A DNA stretch of 64,000 nucleotides from Lama guanicoe (lineage: Eukaryota). Every line of letters starts with the position of its first letter. Within the stretch, counting starts at the first letter, position 1. Positions 62,746 to 64,000 of this stretch are shown in pieces. The notes beneath the pieces are model-generated. The model saw only the letters and a list, made by a program, of their open reading frames with translations. It was not told where the DNA came from and made no database searches. A program made the position numbers and the translations under genes. The DNA lies in the NCBI GenBank assembly GCA_013239625.1, contig MU054323.1, positions 3,646,161 to 3,710,160 of the forward strand. Reading direction: 5' to 3'.

Positions 62746-64000
62746 CTGGAATGAGAGGCACACATGGTTTCCTGAGTAAAGAGAGAGAGAGCGTGAGCTG
62801 CTCCTCCACTCGTGCGTCAAGCTCGTGCTGTGCATTTACTCTGTGTGGGGAGACCCAGCGTGGTCTCTGCCCTCCAGGCTCCAGGTCTAGAGTGGAGGGA
62901 GCGACCACAGCACAGCAGGTCAGTGCCGTCACTGCGGTCTGTGTGACACGGCACGGGCTCTCAAAGAGTCACCCACTGTGCACCACACACCACCAACAGC
63001 CGAGCGTCCTCCCTCGCCTGGACTCCTGTGTGTTCTCCCCGCAGGCTCAGTCTGTCTCCCCAACTCCCCTATGGGAGCATCGACACGGAAGACACAGATA
63101 TACCGTCTTCTGCTCCCAGGCCAGGCCCGCATCCACAGCACGCCACTGAAATGCTGGTGTAGCCAATGGGCTGTGGTGGGTCTGGACCCATACAGGTGAG
63201 GGATACCTGGCAATGCCATCGCACAGCACACAGCCCCGGCTAACCAGCATGACCACCAGAACCCCCAGCCTATGAGGGTTCCAGACGGAGGACTTCAGGA
63301 ACCCCCAACGGGGAGTCATCTGGGACAGGGAACTGTGGCTTGCAGTTGTCTTCACAGGAGCTTTCCTGAGAACAGCCCTTAAGGAAAGGTAAGAGCATCC
63401 TTTCACAAAAGTGATGCAGGCTCCAACTCCTCATGGTCCTGAGAACCTGAGACTCGACCAGGTGCGGCCGAGCGCCCTCTGCTGGCCTGACTGCTCCACG
63501 CAGACCCGGCCACCAGACCCAGCAGGACCAGGGTTCTGGAAGCAGTGGGTCTTCAGGGTACTGGCAGCCCCGGGAGCCACAAAGCTGTAAGTCTTGGGTG
63601 CCACCTCATCCTGGGCCCACATTCATCAGTGTTCCAAAGCAAGGGCTTCTATTCCCTTTAAGGAGTAGAAAGCAAAACGCTCATTAGTTTTTTTAAAGCT
63701 AAATCATGAAACTGCGAAGAAATTTCAGGCTTCGGTTGCACCCCCAGATCCCACTGGGAATAAATGCATTCTTTGCCCTCGCAGGTGGTTCAAAATGCTG
63801 AGAAGCATCTCCAAGTACGAGTCAAATCTGGACCGCAGGACCCTTGCTCATTCTACCTTTATCTCACAATCCTGCAACCTGCCTCTCCTGAGCACAGCTC
63901 TGGATCCTTCTATAAGAAGCCAAAGGTAGATAGTGAATGGATGAGTCTGTGATCTTGCCCCTCCTGAAACGCTCTCCTTCCTTAGCTCCCTTCTCACCCC

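Noticed and set aside
1..64000. Most of the 60-220 aa ORFs in the supplied track as genes
   Set aside because: They are expected by chance in GC-rich mammalian DNA, many use non-ATG starts, and they overlap on both strands with no recognisable homology.
1..64000. CRISPR arrays, operons, rRNA or other prokaryotic systems
   Set aside because: The DNA is mammalian with spliceosomal introns, and I saw no regularly spaced direct repeats or rRNA-like sequence.

Overview
GC-rich mammalian genomic DNA, most likely a camelid, judged from a tRNA-Ala-derived vic-1-like SINE at ~23.4 kb. The right third holds the last five coding exons of HS1BP3 on the minus strand (62745 down to 44775). All have canonical GT-AG junctions with matching phases: 978 nt, 325 aa plus stop. 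The first coding exons lie beyond the right edge of the window. The rest looks intergenic and carries old mammalian repeats (MIR, L2, L1, MLT1, MER31, MER3/MER5). Reading the minus strand by hand, I also find a long series of exon-shaped segments from ~41.9 kb down to ~2.9 kb. They have polypyrimidine-AG acceptors, GT donors, often matching phases and charged or coiled-coil-like translations, and most carry 1-4 in-frame stops or frameshifts. I interpret them as the remains of a large multi-exon protein-coding gene (a candidate unitary pseudogene) directly downstream of HS1BP3. I do not recognise its product, and this interpretation needs comparative genomics to confirm. Repeat subfamily names and human HS1BP3 comparisons are from memory, not from a search.
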